DNA of 51,038 nt, taken from positions 1-51,038 of the IMG/VR virus record IMGVR_UViG_3300043664_000006; one strand, given 5' to 3'. The translations under genes were made by a program, and so were the position numbers. Shown here in pieces: positions 24,902 to 34,688 of this stretch. Position 1 is the stretch's first letter. The number at the start of each line of letters is the position of its first letter. This stretch comes from a virus. Its lineage: Duplodnaviria; Caudoviricetes. The notes beneath the pieces were generated by a model. The model did no database searches, was not told the origin of the DNA, and saw nothing but the letters and a program-made list of their open reading frames with translations.

Positions 24902-25612
24902 ATGGCGCTCAATTTTCAAACCACGATCAACCCGTTCGCTTCTTCCCTTCCCCTGGCGGTGGAGGGAGATTTTTGTTCCGCGAACGTCCGCACCTCGATG
25001 GTAGCCGGCGAGGGCGCTTTTGTCGTCGGCGTCAATCCCGTCACTGTTGGGCGGTTCGCCTGGGTCAATGCCGCCGGCCAGGCCAGCAACAACGCCGCCG
25101 GCGGCCTGCGGGTGGGCTTCGTCTGCCTTCGGGGCCAGATGGTCATCATCACCCCCTGGCTTGGCGGGTTCGGCATGACTGTTCAGCCCGGCCAGGAAAT
25201 CACCCTGCACGACGCGGCGGATGTGTTTATCCGCTTCGCCGGGGGCGCGGCCATCGGGCAAAAGGTGTTCGCGTCGTACGCGGATGGCACTGCAGTGGCC
25301 GGAGCGGCCGGCTCGACACTGGCCGGCTCTTCGGTGACCGCTTCGATCACCTCCAACGTGATGACGGTCACCGCCGTGGGCTCTGGGACCCTTGCTCCGG
25401 GGCAGCCAATCGCCGGGGGCACCACGACGCCGGGCACCACCATCGTGGCCCAGCTCACCGGGACTCCAGGAGGCATCGGCACTTATTCCACCACCACCAC
25501 GGCGAACGTGGTCAGCGGCACGCTCACGACGAACGGCGGAGTTGAGACCCGTTGGTTCGTCGATAGTACAGCCGCCGCCGGCGAACTCGCCATGTGCACC
25601 ACGAGGGGTTGA
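24902..25612 (+). CDS. Head decoration/cement protein
   Basis: AVEGDF.S.N, V.VGRFAW; between the scaffold and capsid genes. Confidence 0.75.
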   Translation: MALNFQTTINPFASSLPLAVEGDFCSANVRTSMVAGEGAFVVGVNPVTVGRFAWVNAAGQASNNAAGGLRVGFVCLRGQMVIITPWLGGFGMTVQPGQEITLHDAADVFIRFAGGAAIGQKVFASYADGTAVAGAAGSTLAGSSVTASITSNVMTVTAVGSGTLAPGQPIAGGTTTPGTTIVAQLTGTPGGIGTYSTTTTANVVSGTLTTNGGVETRWFVDSTAAAGELAMCTTRG

Positions 25613-25616
25613 TTAC

Positions 25617-26630
25617 ATGATCAAAAGAGAAGATCTGGCCTTTCTGGCCACGCAAGGCATCCTGCTGCCACAGGGCACGATGTACGCCGCCGACGCGCAA
25701 ATCGCGATGGACGCGCAATTCGCGACCATCTTCCCGCAGAACGCGGGTGTTCCCTGGCAGATGACCAACATCATCGACCCGGAGGTCATCCGGGCTCTCG
25801 TCACGCCGATGAAAGCCTCGATCATTCTTGGTGGAGAAACCAAAAAGGGCGACTGGACCACTCTTACAGCGCAGTTCCCCGTCACCGAGTCGACCGGCTT
25901 CACCACCTCGTACGGCGACTTCAATAACAACGGCAACGTGGGCGCCAATTTTGGTTGGGTGCCTCGGCAGAGTTACCATTTCCAGACGGTCACCCAGTGG
26001 GGTGAACGAGAGGCGGATCTGTACGGGGCCGCGGCGATTTCCTACACGACCGAGCTGACGTACGCGGGTGCTCTTGTCCATGCCAAGTTCATGAACAAGT
26101 CGTACTTTTTCGGCATTGGCGGGTTGTTGAACTTCGGGCTGTTGAACGACCCCTCTCTGTCCGCGGCGATCACGCCGTCAACGAAGGCGGCGACCGGAAC
26201 GCTTTGGAACAACGCGACGCCCACCGAGGTCAACACCGACATTCAGTTGCTGTATTCGAGATTGCAGCTGCAGCTCGCCGGCAATCTGAGCCTCGATAGC
26301 CCGATGGTGCTGGCGATGTCACCGGCTTCGGAAGTGTCCCTGTTGAACACCAACTCGTTCGCGGTTTCGGTGAAGGACCTCCTCAAGAAAAACTTCCCGA
26401 ACCTGCGCATCGAGACCGCCCCGGAATACGGGACTGTCGGTGGTAATCTCGTGCAACTGATCCTGACCGAGATTGACGGGATCAGGACAGGTTATTGCGC
26501 GTTCACCGAGAAAATGCGCTCGCACGCTTTGATCCCCATGTTGTCGTCGTGGCAACAGAAGAAATCAGGTGGCACCTGGGGTACCATTGTGAGAAGGCCG
26601 CTGTGCATTGCTCAGATGATCGGGGTTTAA
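25617..26630 (+). CDS. Major capsid protein (DUF2184-like)
   Basis: KKGDWT, YGD.NN.G, RQSY.FQT..WGERE, GLLNDP.L, KKSGGTWG. Confidence 0.9.
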   Translation: MIKREDLAFLATQGILLPQGTMYAADAQIAMDAQFATIFPQNAGVPWQMTNIIDPEVIRALVTPMKASIILGGETKKGDWTTLTAQFPVTESTGFTTSYGDFNNNGNVGANFGWVPRQSYHFQTVTQWGEREADLYGAAAISYTTELTYAGALVHAKFMNKSYFFGIGGLLNFGLLNDPSLSAAITPSTKAATGTLWNNATPTEVNTDIQLLYSRLQLQLAGNLSLDSPMVLAMSPASEVSLLNTNSFAVSVKDLLKKNFPNLRIETAPEYGTVGGNLVQLILTEIDGIRTGYCAFTEKMRSHALIPMLSSWQQKKSGGTWGTIVRRPLCIAQMIGV

Positions 26631-26634
26631 AACA

Positions 26635-27057
26635 ATGGCAACCGAACCAAAAGCCAACACAGTCTGTGTCGCCTGCAAGCTCCCGCACGGGCTTGAGCTG
26701 CAGCTCTACAAGCCCGTCCCTCTCGTGGCCGCTGGAGCCCTTGTCCCGGCTCCGGAACCGATCGGCGACCCGATCGTCATCGCCGGAGCGAATGCTGAAA
26801 ACGCTGTGGGGGGCTACGGCTTCACCTATGGCGTCGATGCGTCACGCTTCGGCGATTGGATGAGAGCGAACGAGAACTTCCCAGCCGTGCGCCGGGGATT
26901 GATCTTCTCGGAGTCCAATCCCGATCGCGCCCGCGACAGAGCCCGTGAGCAGGCTAATATTGTTTCAGGGTTCGAGGGGATCAACGCGCAGAATCCCCCT
27001 GATGTCCTGCCGGACAAGTACGAGGGCATGCCGAAGGCGGCGACGAAGGCGACCTGA
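26635..27057 (+). CDS. Conserved virion-module protein
   Basis: VACKLPHGL, GGYG.T.GV motifs, directly after the capsid gene. Confidence 0.7.
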   Translation: MATEPKANTVCVACKLPHGLELQLYKPVPLVAAGALVPAPEPIGDPIVIAGANAENAVGGYGFTYGVDASRFGDWMRANENFPAVRRGLIFSESNPDRARDRAREQANIVSGFEGINAQNPPDVLPDKYEGMPKAATKAT

Positions 27058-27058
27058 C

Positions 27059-27505
27059 GTGCCGGCCGTGGTTTTCGACGACCAGGCCTGGCGATTCCGT
27101 TATCCGGAGCTTTCGGACTCGGTCCCCGCCGGAATGGCCCAGGCCCTCTTCGCTGAAGCGGGTCTGTACCTGTTCCCCGGCGACGGCTCGCTTGTCACCG
27201 ACGAGGGCCAACGGCTGATTATCTTGCAGATGATCGTCGCCCACATCGCCCAGCTGCGTTCCCAGGTGGGCACGGGACTGGTCGGCCGGATCACAAGCGC
27301 GTCGGAAGGTTCGGTGTCTGTCTCTGTGGCGCCAATGTCGCTGCCTGGAAGTGCGGAGTGGTTCGGCCTCACGGCATATGGGATCACCGCGTGGGGTGCG
27401 ATGGCTCAGTACAGGACCGCTCGCTACGTCCCTGGACCGGGCGCGTTCCGTCGATCGCCCGGCTTTCCGGGCGTCTCGCCATGGTTCGGCGGGCGGGGTT
27501 TCTGA
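27059..27505 (+). CDS. Head-tail connector (DUF4054-like)
   Basis: F...YPE, VAHIA.L, VGRITSASEGSVSVS, T.YG..W. Confidence 0.82.
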   Translation: MPAVVFDDQAWRFRYPELSDSVPAGMAQALFAEAGLYLFPGDGSLVTDEGQRLIILQMIVAHIAQLRSQVGTGLVGRITSASEGSVSVSVAPMSLPGSAEWFGLTAYGITAWGAMAQYRTARYVPGPGAFRRSPGFPGVSPWFGGRGF

Positions 27506-28056
27506 TGCCACCCCCTGACGGAATGTCGGGAGGAGGCAAGCTCGAGGCCCTTCTCCGAAACATCGCGGCCAGGACGGGCGGGTCAAGAACCGTACGGGTT
27601 GGCTTTCTCGAAGGCTCGACCGAAAGCGACGGGACCAGCATGCCAATGGTGGCCGCGATTCAGGAGTTCGGTGCGCCCAAGGCCGGAATTCCACCCAGAC
27701 CGTTCATGCGCACGACGGTGGCGAAGCACAAAGGCGAGTGGGCGGGCCAGCTCGCCAAGGTGTTGGTGGCCCAGGACTATGACGCGGCCACGGCACTTGG
27801 TCAGATGGGCATGCTGATCGGCGGCGAGATACAGCAGTCGATCGCGGACCTGACATCGCCGGCATTGAGTCCGGTCACGTTGATGCTGCGGAAGATGCGG
27901 GCGGCCGATCCAAGCCTGAAGGTCACCCGCAAGACTGTCGGCGAAGCCGCCGCGCGGGTCAAAGCCGGAGAGACAACTTCCGGCGTCTCCACCAAACCGC
28001 TGATCGATCACGGCACGATGTTCCAGGGCGTGCACCACGAGGTCGTGGACGAATGA
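27505..28056 (+). CDS. Virion morphogenesis/neck protein
   Basis: VRVGF, EFG...IPPRPFMR, KPLID.G.M. Confidence 0.8.
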   Translation: MPPPDGMSGGGKLEALLRNIAARTGGSRTVRVGFLEGSTESDGTSMPMVAAIQEFGAPKAGIPPRPFMRTTVAKHKGEWAGQLAKVLVAQDYDAATALGQMGMLIGGEIQQSIADLTSPALSPVTLMLRKMRAADPSLKVTRKTVGEAAARVKAGETTSGVSTKPLIDHGTMFQGVHHEVVDE

Positions 28057-28424
28057 ATCTGCATCTAATCGTCTCGGGAGCGATCGGCGCGGTCAACCCA
28101 CAGTCCTCCGCGACGTTCCAGGCATCGACCGGTTCGACCACCAATGACGACGGAACCCGCGTGCCGACCTACGCCGCGCCGGTCACCATTCAATGCCAGA
28201 TACAGTCGTTGCAGTACAATGATCTGATGAAACTCTCCGGGCTCAACATCCAGGGCGTGCGATCGAAAATTTACGTCAATGGTTCGTGGTCCGGCCTGGT
28301 GCGTCCGGAAGGCAAGGGCGGCGATCTGATTACGTTCGCGGATGGTTCGGTCTGGCTGGTCGCGGTTGTCCTCGAGGATTGGCCGGACTGGTGTTCGGTC
28401 GCGGTTACGCGACAAGTGCCCTGA
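28053..28424 (+). CDS. Head-tail adaptor
   Basis: MNLH.IV..AI..VNP, GGDL, WLV..V.E.WPDW. Confidence 0.75.
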   Translation: MNLHLIVSGAIGAVNPQSSATFQASTGSTTNDDGTRVPTYAAPVTIQCQIQSLQYNDLMKLSGLNIQGVRSKIYVNGSWSGLVRPEGKGGDLITFADGSVWLVAVVLEDWPDWCSVAVTRQVP

Positions 28425-28963
28425 TGCCAGCGACCATATCGCTCACTGAGTCGCAAATCTTCAAGGCGCTGCGCTCGGTCCTCCTCGGCATTCTGCCCGC
28501 CGGGACCGAAGTCGTCCAAGGTCAGCAGAACCGGGTGGCGGAACCGAAGGGCGCGGACTTTTGCATCTGCACTCCAATCCTGCGCACCCGCCTTGAGACC
28601 AACCGCGACACCTTCACAGACGCCCCTCTGGCCACGCCTCCAATCGGCACAAGGGACTCGCTCGCGCCAACCCAGGTCACCATTCAACTCGACGTGCACG
28701 GGCCTGCCAGTGCCGATAACGCCCAAATGATCTCGACGCTGTTCCGGGACGAATATGCGACGATCGAGTTCGCCCGCCTGCCGTACGACGTGCAGCCGCT
28801 CTATGCCGACGATCCGAGGCAGATTCCGTTCGAGTCCGGAGAGCAGCAAACGGAAGAACGCTGGAGTGTTGACGTGGTGCTCCAGGCAAACCCCGTGACG
28901 GGCACCGCCCAAGACTTCGCGGACGTCGTCACCGTCACGACGATCGAGGCCGACGCGCCCTAG
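28424..28963 (+). CDS. Neck/tail terminator protein
   Basis: GQ.NRV.EP, Q.DVHGP, PLYADDP.Q..F, E.RW. Confidence 0.75.
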   Translation: MPATISLTESQIFKALRSVLLGILPAGTEVVQGQQNRVAEPKGADFCICTPILRTRLETNRDTFTDAPLATPPIGTRDSLAPTQVTIQLDVHGPASADNAQMISTLFRDEYATIEFARLPYDVQPLYADDPRQIPFESGEQQTEERWSVDVVLQANPVTGTAQDFADVVTVTTIEADAP

Positions 28964-29196
28964 ACCTCCGTCGCCGCGGCAATCATTCGACCCCAAACGC
29001 GAATCGCATTCGTGTCTCGCTCTGGCGTTGGATCGGCGCTCATGCCAGCGGCGAGCATCGCCTCTGTCGGTTCATGCATGGCCTCGATCGCCGCGCGGGC
29101 GAGTAGCGGCCCAAGATGCTTCATCTGATTCGGTAGAGCGCCTTCGATCGCGATCGCGACCCGCTCCACCATCTCGGGCAATTCGAAACCCCCCAC
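28960..29196 (-). CDS. Antisense hypothetical protein (VERVA..ARAAIEAM.EPTEAM family)
   Basis: AAGGAGG RBS on the minus strand; fills the gap before the sheath gene. Confidence 0.65.
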   Translation of the reverse strand: MGGFELPEMVERVAIAIEGALPNQMKHLGPLLARAAIEAMHEPTEAMLAAGMSADPTPERDTNAIRVWGRMIAAATEV

Positions 29197-29226
29197 GCCG
29201 ATCCCTCCTTTTAGGAGCCTTCAACT

Positions 29227-30966
29227 GTGCCCTCGATCCCAGCAAGTCAAATTGTATCCGTAGTACCGTCAGTCATCGGTGCCGGCGGTGCCGCGCTCGA
29301 TCTCTCCGGCCTGATCCTGACCGCCAGCACACGCTCGCCGATCGGAGCCGTGCCCTCGTTCCCGGACCAGTTGTCCGTGGCCCGGTATTTCGGCTCGACC
29401 TCTCAGGAGGCATCGCTGGCCGGGATCTATTTCAACGGCTTCGACGGATCCACGGTCAAACCGGGCGCGCTGTGGTTCAGCCAATATCCCGTCGCTCCGG
29501 TCGGGGCCTGGCTTCGAGGGGGAAATATCTCCGCGATGCCCCTGGCCAACTTGCAGGCGCTCTCCGGCACGCTGATCGTCACCGTCGACGGAGTGGTGAA
29601 AACGGCGGCCGCGCTGAACCTTGCCGCGGCTTCCTCGTTCTCCGCCGCGGCCCTTCTTATCGCGGCCGGACTGACCCTCACGGCGCTTCCTGGGGCCTCG
29701 GTGACGGGCTCGATCGCGACCACCGTCCTGACGGTCACCGCGGTCGCCTCCGGGGTGCTGGCGGCCGGGCAGACGATCAGCGGGGGCACGATCGCCGCCG
29801 GCACGACGATCGTGGCGCAGCTCACCAGCACCGAACCGGACCTGTCGCTCGGCAAGCGGGGCACCTACACCGTCTCGGCCTCGCAGACGGTCACCAGCGG
29901 CGCGGTCGCCTCGACCAACCCGCCAGTTACCTACGACAGCGGGACCGGCGCGTTCCAGATCGCCTCCTCGACGACGGGGGCGACCTCGACGGTAACCTAC
30001 GCCACCGGGACGCTCGCCCCCGCCCTGCTGCTCACCCAGGCGACGGGTGGGGTCACAAGCCAAGGCGCGATAGCTGGAGTCCCCGCCACGGCGATGAACG
30101 CGATCATCGCGGCGACCCAGGACTGGGCCAGCTTCATGACAGCCTTTGAGCCTTCAATTCCGGACAAGGTCGCCTTCGCGGCGTGGAACAACACGCAAGG
30201 GAACCAATACCTCTACGCGATGTGGTCGACCAACGCGGCGGCGACGGTCACCCCCGATACGACGACAGCGGGGGCGCTGATCCAGACCGCGACCTATTCC
30301 GGCACGGCACTGATCTATGAGACCGACGTGGGGGTGGGGGACGTGCCGGGGGACAAGGCCGCTTTCCTGTTGGGATCCATCGCTTCCCTCGACTTCGGTG
30401 CGACGAACGGACGGTCCACCATGAAGTTCCGCAGCCAAAGCGGGCTTTCGGCCGATGTGACCGACGGGACGATCTCAAAGAACCTCGAGGCAAACGGCTA
30501 TAACTTCTACGGCGATTGGAGCACACGCAACGACGACTTCATCTTCTTCGCGAATGGAGCCGTGACCGGGCCGTTCAAATGGATCGATTCATACGTCGAC
30601 CAAATCTGGATGAACAACCAGTTTCAGTTGGCGCTGATGTCGTTGCTGGTCGCGATGAAGTCCATTCCGTACAACCAGGCCGGCTATGCGACCATCAGGG
30701 CAGCCTGCCTCGACGTCATCATCGCGGCCCTCAATTTCGGCGCGATCCGGGCGGGGGTCACACTCTCCAACGCGCAAGCCGCTGAAGTTAATTTCGCGGC
30801 CGGGTTGAAGATCGACGATGTTCTGAACAACCGCGGTTGGTATCTGCAAGTACTCGATCCAACCGCCCAGGTCAGGGGCGTGCGCGGAACGCCTCAATGT
30901 TCGTTCTGGTATATGGATGGCCAGAGTGTGCAAAAGATCAACCTCGCATCCGTCGAGGTGATGTGA
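29227..30966 (+). CDS. Contractile tail sheath (DUF3383-like)
   Basis: IPAS.IV.V.P.V, NGYNFYG, SIPYN..G, RG.P...FWY.DG.SVQ.I; AGGAG RBS. Confidence 0.9.
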   Translation: MPSIPASQIVSVVPSVIGAGGAALDLSGLILTASTRSPIGAVPSFPDQLSVARYFGSTSQEASLAGIYFNGFDGSTVKPGALWFSQYPVAPVGAWLRGGNISAMPLANLQALSGTLIVTVDGVVKTAAALNLAAASSFSAAALLIAAGLTLTALPGASVTGSIATTVLTVTAVASGVLAAGQTISGGTIAAGTTIVAQLTSTEPDLSLGKRGTYTVSASQTVTSGAVASTNPPVTYDSGTGAFQIASSTTGATSTVTYATGTLAPALLLTQATGGVTSQGAIAGVPATAMNAIIAATQDWASFMTAFEPSIPDKVAFAAWNNTQGNQYLYAMWSTNAAATVTPDTTTAGALIQTATYSGTALIYETDVGVGDVPGDKAAFLLGSIASLDFGATNGRSTMKFRSQSGLSADVTDGTISKNLEANGYNFYGDWSTRNDDFIFFANGAVTGPFKWIDSYVDQIWMNNQFQLALMSLLVAMKSIPYNQAGYATIRAACLDVIIAALNFGAIRAGVTLSNAQAAEVNFAAGLKIDDVLNNRGWYLQVLDPTAQVRGVRGTPQCSFWYMDGQSVQKINLASVEVM

Positions 30967-30967
30967 C

Positions 30968-31408
30968 ATGGCCAAGTATAATACCATTACGTCTGCGAAC
31001 AGTATCATCATGTTGTCGATCCTCGGCCTGTTCCCCGTGCCGCAGCAACTGCAAGGCTTCTCCGCCGACGCTGGTTTCAGCACAGAGGCGTTCGCGTCCG
31101 TCGAAACCGTGATGGGTGTTGACGGGAACATGTCGGCCGGCTGGGTGCCGGTCGAGAAGAAGATGTCCATCATGATCATGCCGGACAGTCCTAGTATTTT
31201 GATTTTCGACGCGTGGTATGCTGCACAGGAAGCGGCCAGGGAACTGTTCTTCGCGGAAGGCGTGATCATCCTCCCGGCCGTGGCGAGGGAGTTCACAATG
31301 CTTAAGGGCGTGATGAGCACCTACATGCCGATCCCGGAAATCGGGAAGGTGCTGAAGGCGAGGACGTTCGGAATCACTTTCCAATCAATCCTTCCGGCAC
31401 CGATCTGA
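30968..31408 (+). CDS. Tail tube protein
   Basis: TITSANS, LQGFSAD, MGVDG..SAG; follows the sheath gene. Confidence 0.82.
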   Translation: MAKYNTITSANSIIMLSILGLFPVPQQLQGFSADAGFSTEAFASVETVMGVDGNMSAGWVPVEKKMSIMIMPDSPSILIFDAWYAAQEAARELFFAEGVIILPAVAREFTMLKGVMSTYMPIPEIGKVLKARTFGITFQSILPAPI

Positions 31409-31412
31409 TCCC

Positions 31413-31937
31413 ATGGCCCGCAAGACCGTCACCATCACGATCGACACGCCGGGCCGCGACATGGGCCGGGTCTACTCGATCAAGGAAATGTCTGCATCTC
31501 AGGCAGAGGAGTGGGCCACCCGCGCGCTGCTCGCCCTTGGCCAGTCAGGCGTGGACATCCCGGACAATATCGCCCAAGCGGGGTTCGCTGGTGTCGTCGC
31601 GATTGGCGTGCGGGCGTTCGCCGGCCTCCCCTGGGACCTGGCCAAACCGCTCCTCGGCGAGATGATGGGGTGCGTGTCGTTCCTGCCCGACCCCGCGCGG
31701 CCATTGGTCGGTGCGAGGTGTCCTCCATGGGATGACGACATTGAAGAAGTCCAGACGCGGTTGCAGCTACGCGACGAGGTGATAAGCCTGCATACGGGTT
31801 TTTCCATCGCCGCCAAAATCTCCAAATTCAAGGCGGCGCTCAATCAGACGACGGACGAGAATACCTCGATTACGTCAACGTCCCCCGAGCCATCGGAGCA
31901 GTCATCTCAGCGGGCCGCGCGACGCTCAAAGAGCTAG
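31413..31937 (+). CDS. Tail assembly chaperone (G-like)
   Basis: GRD.G..Y.I.EM.A.QAE.WA.RAL, DIEEV.T...LR; lies between tube and tape measure. Confidence 0.8.
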   Translation: MARKTVTITIDTPGRDMGRVYSIKEMSASQAEEWATRALLALGQSGVDIPDNIAQAGFAGVVAIGVRAFAGLPWDLAKPLLGEMMGCVSFLPDPARPLVGARCPPWDDDIEEVQTRLQLRDEVISLHTGFSIAAKISKFKAALNQTTDENTSITSTSPEPSEQSSQRAARRSKS

Positions 31938-32032
31938 ACGAGTACTACAGCGTCAGTGACCTGTACTTGCTGCTGGAGATCGTGATGATTGACGACGAGA
32001 ATTCACGCATCGCGGCGGAGCCTCGCGGCTGA
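31796..32032 (+). other. Programmed -1 frameshift site and GT-like extension
   Basis: In-frame G GGT TTT at 31796-31802; the -1 frame is open to TGA at 32030-32032, which overlaps the tape-measure ATG. Confidence 0.8.
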
Positions 32033-33915
32033 TGGCGACCGGAGTCATCGACGCGCTTGTTGTCACTCTGGGTCTGGATGCGAGCCATTTCCGCACCGGT
32101 CAGAAACAAGCTAGCGAGGACCTGAAGAAAACCCGGCTCGATGCAAACTCGGCCGCGAAAGAGATCAGCGCGTCCGGCAAGCAGGCGGCGGAGTTCTTCG
32201 GTCGCATCCGCAACGAAGCCCTGTCCCTTGCCGCGGTGTTCCTTGGCGGGATGGGCATCAAGGCGCTTGTTCAAAACCTGACGTCAACCGACGCGGTGCT
32301 CGGCCGGCTCTCGCGCAACCTGGACATCGCACCGGAGAAACTGTCCGCGTGGCAGGCCGTGGTCGAACAAGCCGGCGGCTCGGCCCAAGGGCTCACCTCG
32401 ACCGTCCAGGGACTGACCGAGGCCTACCAGCATTATCTCCAGACGGGAGAGGTCACGGTCGGGCCTATCCTGGCGCAGTTCGGGATCACGGACCCGAACG
32501 AACTCAAGGACGTTCCCGCGCTTCTGATGAAGATCGGCGACGCGGCGGCGAAGATGAACCGGCAGCGCGCCCTGTCGCTGATGAAACAGGCCGGGATCGA
32601 CGAGGGCACATCAAACTTCCTGCTCAAGCCGCACGACGTCAGGGCCAGGGAACTTGCTGAGGCCGAGCGGACCAGCGCACCGCACAAGAAGGACACCGAC
32701 GCCGCTGAAGCCCTGGAGAAGGCGTTCCTCAAGGTCAAGCAGGAGGTGATGAACGTCGCGACCGAGATCGTGACGAACCTCACGCCGAAACTCCTGGAGG
32801 TGCTGAAGGCGGTCAACGACTGGCTGAGCGACGACAAAAATCGGAAATGGCTCGGCGAGGAGATCGAACGGATCGGGACAAGCATCGGCGAGTTCCTGAC
32901 GAAACTGAACTCGCTTGTCGAAAAGTTTGGCGGCTGGAAGGTGGTTATCGAGGCCCTGGTCGCGATCAACCTCGGTGCCTGGGCGCTCGGAGTCCTGGCC
33001 GTCTTCGGTCCCCTCGGGGTCGCGGCAGGCGCCGTGGCGCTGGCCATGGAGGAGATCAACCGTCTCGGAACAACGGGGATCCTCGGAGGTCCGGGCAATT
33101 ACCCGGTTGGCTCCCCGTTGTGGCGCGACATGCCGGTCGAGGAGCAGCTTCGCTACCCCAATTCACCAGCGAGTCAGGCGCGCGGCGCCGGCACCAATCC
33201 GAACCCGTTCTCCTGGTGGAACCCCGGCTCATGGCTCAACCGGGGTGGTGGTGGCGTGAATACCGGCGGCAATGGCTCGACCGCGATCGACCCACAGACC
33301 AGGACGCGCGCCGAAATGGTCAAGCAGGGGCTCATGGCGCGGGGCATGGACGCCGACACGGCGACGGCCTTCGCGGCTAACGCGATCGCGGAAAGTGGCG
33401 CGCGTCCGGATGCCATGGAGAACGGCGGCGGCCCAGGTCGAGGGCTGTTTCAGATCACCAGCGCCAGCCGAAAAGCTGACTATATGCGGCTGTATAACCA
33501 TTCCCCTGAGCAGGGGTCGCTCGCCGAACAACTCGACTTCGTGAAGTGGGAACTGGAAAACACTGAGAGAGGCGCGGCGTTCCGCATCGCCGGCGCGCAA
33601 GGTGCCGCGGCGAAGGCGGCGGCGGTCTCAAAGTTCTTCGAGCGACCGAGGGACGTTGACGCGCAGCAGGAACGCCGCGCGGCGATCGCCAGAGGTCTCG
33701 CGGGCGCTTCGGGGCTCGATCCCTCGCTGATTCCCCGTGCCGGTCCGCGTGCCGGGACATCTCTGGGCACCACCAACACCAGCATGTCCGACACCCGCAT
33801 CGGAGCGATCAACATCCATACCGCGGCGACCGACGCCACTGGTATCGCCCGGAGCATCGGCCCGGCCATGCAACGCTTCGGGCTGGTTTCACAAGCGAAC
33901 TCGGGTTTGGCCTGA
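32032..33915 (+). CDS. Tape measure protein with a C-terminal tail-lysozyme domain
   Basis: VIDALVVTLGLD N-terminus, helical core, TM segment, AN..AES..P.A..G.GLFQ..QLDFV.WEL..FERP. Confidence 0.85.
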   Translation: MATGVIDALVVTLGLDASHFRTGQKQASEDLKKTRLDANSAAKEISASGKQAAEFFGRIRNEALSLAAVFLGGMGIKALVQNLTSTDAVLGRLSRNLDIAPEKLSAWQAVVEQAGGSAQGLTSTVQGLTEAYQHYLQTGEVTVGPILAQFGITDPNELKDVPALLMKIGDAAAKMNRQRALSLMKQAGIDEGTSNFLLKPHDVRARELAEAERTSAPHKKDTDAAEALEKAFLKVKQEVMNVATEIVTNLTPKLLEVLKAVNDWLSDDKNRKWLGEEIERIGTSIGEFLTKLNSLVEKFGGWKVVIEALVAINLGAWALGVLAVFGPLGVAAGAVALAMEEINRLGTTGILGGPGNYPVGSPLWRDMPVEEQLRYPNSPASQARGAGTNPNPFSWWNPGSWLNRGGGGVNTGGNGSTAIDPQTRTRAEMVKQGLMARGMDADTATAFAANAIAESGARPDAMENGGGPGRGLFQITSASRKADYMRLYNHSPEQGSLAEQLDFVKWELENTERGAAFRIAGAQGAAAKAAAVSKFFERPRDVDAQQERRAAIARGLAGASGLDPSLIPRAGPRAGTSLGTTNTSMSDTRIGAINIHTAATDATGIARSIGPAMQRFGLVSQANSGLA

Positions 33916-33917
33916 AT

Positions 33918-34688
33918 ATGGCTCTGACCGACATCATCGTGCCGGCGTTCCCGGACGTGCCGAGCGTGCCTGGTGTGCCCGCGGTGCTCCGCCAGATCGG
34001 CGCCGTGACAAACAATATCGCCCTGCTCGCGGCCGACGTCGCCTCGATCGCGCGGATGTTCCTGGGACCGCAATGGGGCATCCTGAAGGGCGGCCAGCCT
34101 CTCCTCGTGGGCAATTCCGTCGTCGCGTTCGACTTCCGGAAAGAGTGGCGCGTCTCCGACTACCCGGTCGAAAAGGGAGCCTTCGCGTCCTACGACAAGG
34201 TAGCGGTGCCGTTCGACGTGCGGATCACGTTCGCGGTCAGTGGCGAGGGATCGTTGCTTTCCTCCCTGATCCCAGGTGCCGCGGGCTGGATGGCGGTGCC
34301 GAACCGGACAGCGATGCTGACCCTGCTCGACACGGCGGCGAAATCGCTCGATCTCGTATCGGTCATCACCCCCGAGGCGACTTACGATAGCTGCAACATC
34401 GTCCATTACGACTACCGGAGAGAGGCTCGCGGCGGCACGACCCTGATCCGGGTGGACGTCTGGCTGGTCGAGATCAGAATCGCTCCCTCGCCTCAGTTCA
34501 CCCAGACGAAAACCGAGGCCGCGGCGGCTCCGGTCAATGACGGCCCGGTGCAGGCAACTCCGCCAGCCACACCGGACGCCGGCGGCATTCCGGACTCGGT
34601 CCGCACGCAGGCGATACAGCAGGCGGCCGCGGGAGGGACGGGCACGGTGGTGAACGTTGCGGTGACGCCGGTGGGGAACTTCACCTGA
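33918..34688 (+). CDS. Baseplate/tail initiator protein
   Basis: SDYPVEKGAFASYDKV..P motif; after the tape measure gene. Confidence 0.75.
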   Translation: MALTDIIVPAFPDVPSVPGVPAVLRQIGAVTNNIALLAADVASIARMFLGPQWGILKGGQPLLVGNSVVAFDFRKEWRVSDYPVEKGAFASYDKVAVPFDVRITFAVSGEGSLLSSLIPGAAGWMAVPNRTAMLTLLDTAAKSLDLVSVITPEATYDSCNIVHYDYRREARGGTTLIRVDVWLVEIRIAPSPQFTQTKTEAAAAPVNDGPVQATPPATPDAGGIPDSVRTQAIQQAAAGGTGTVVNVAVTPVGNFT

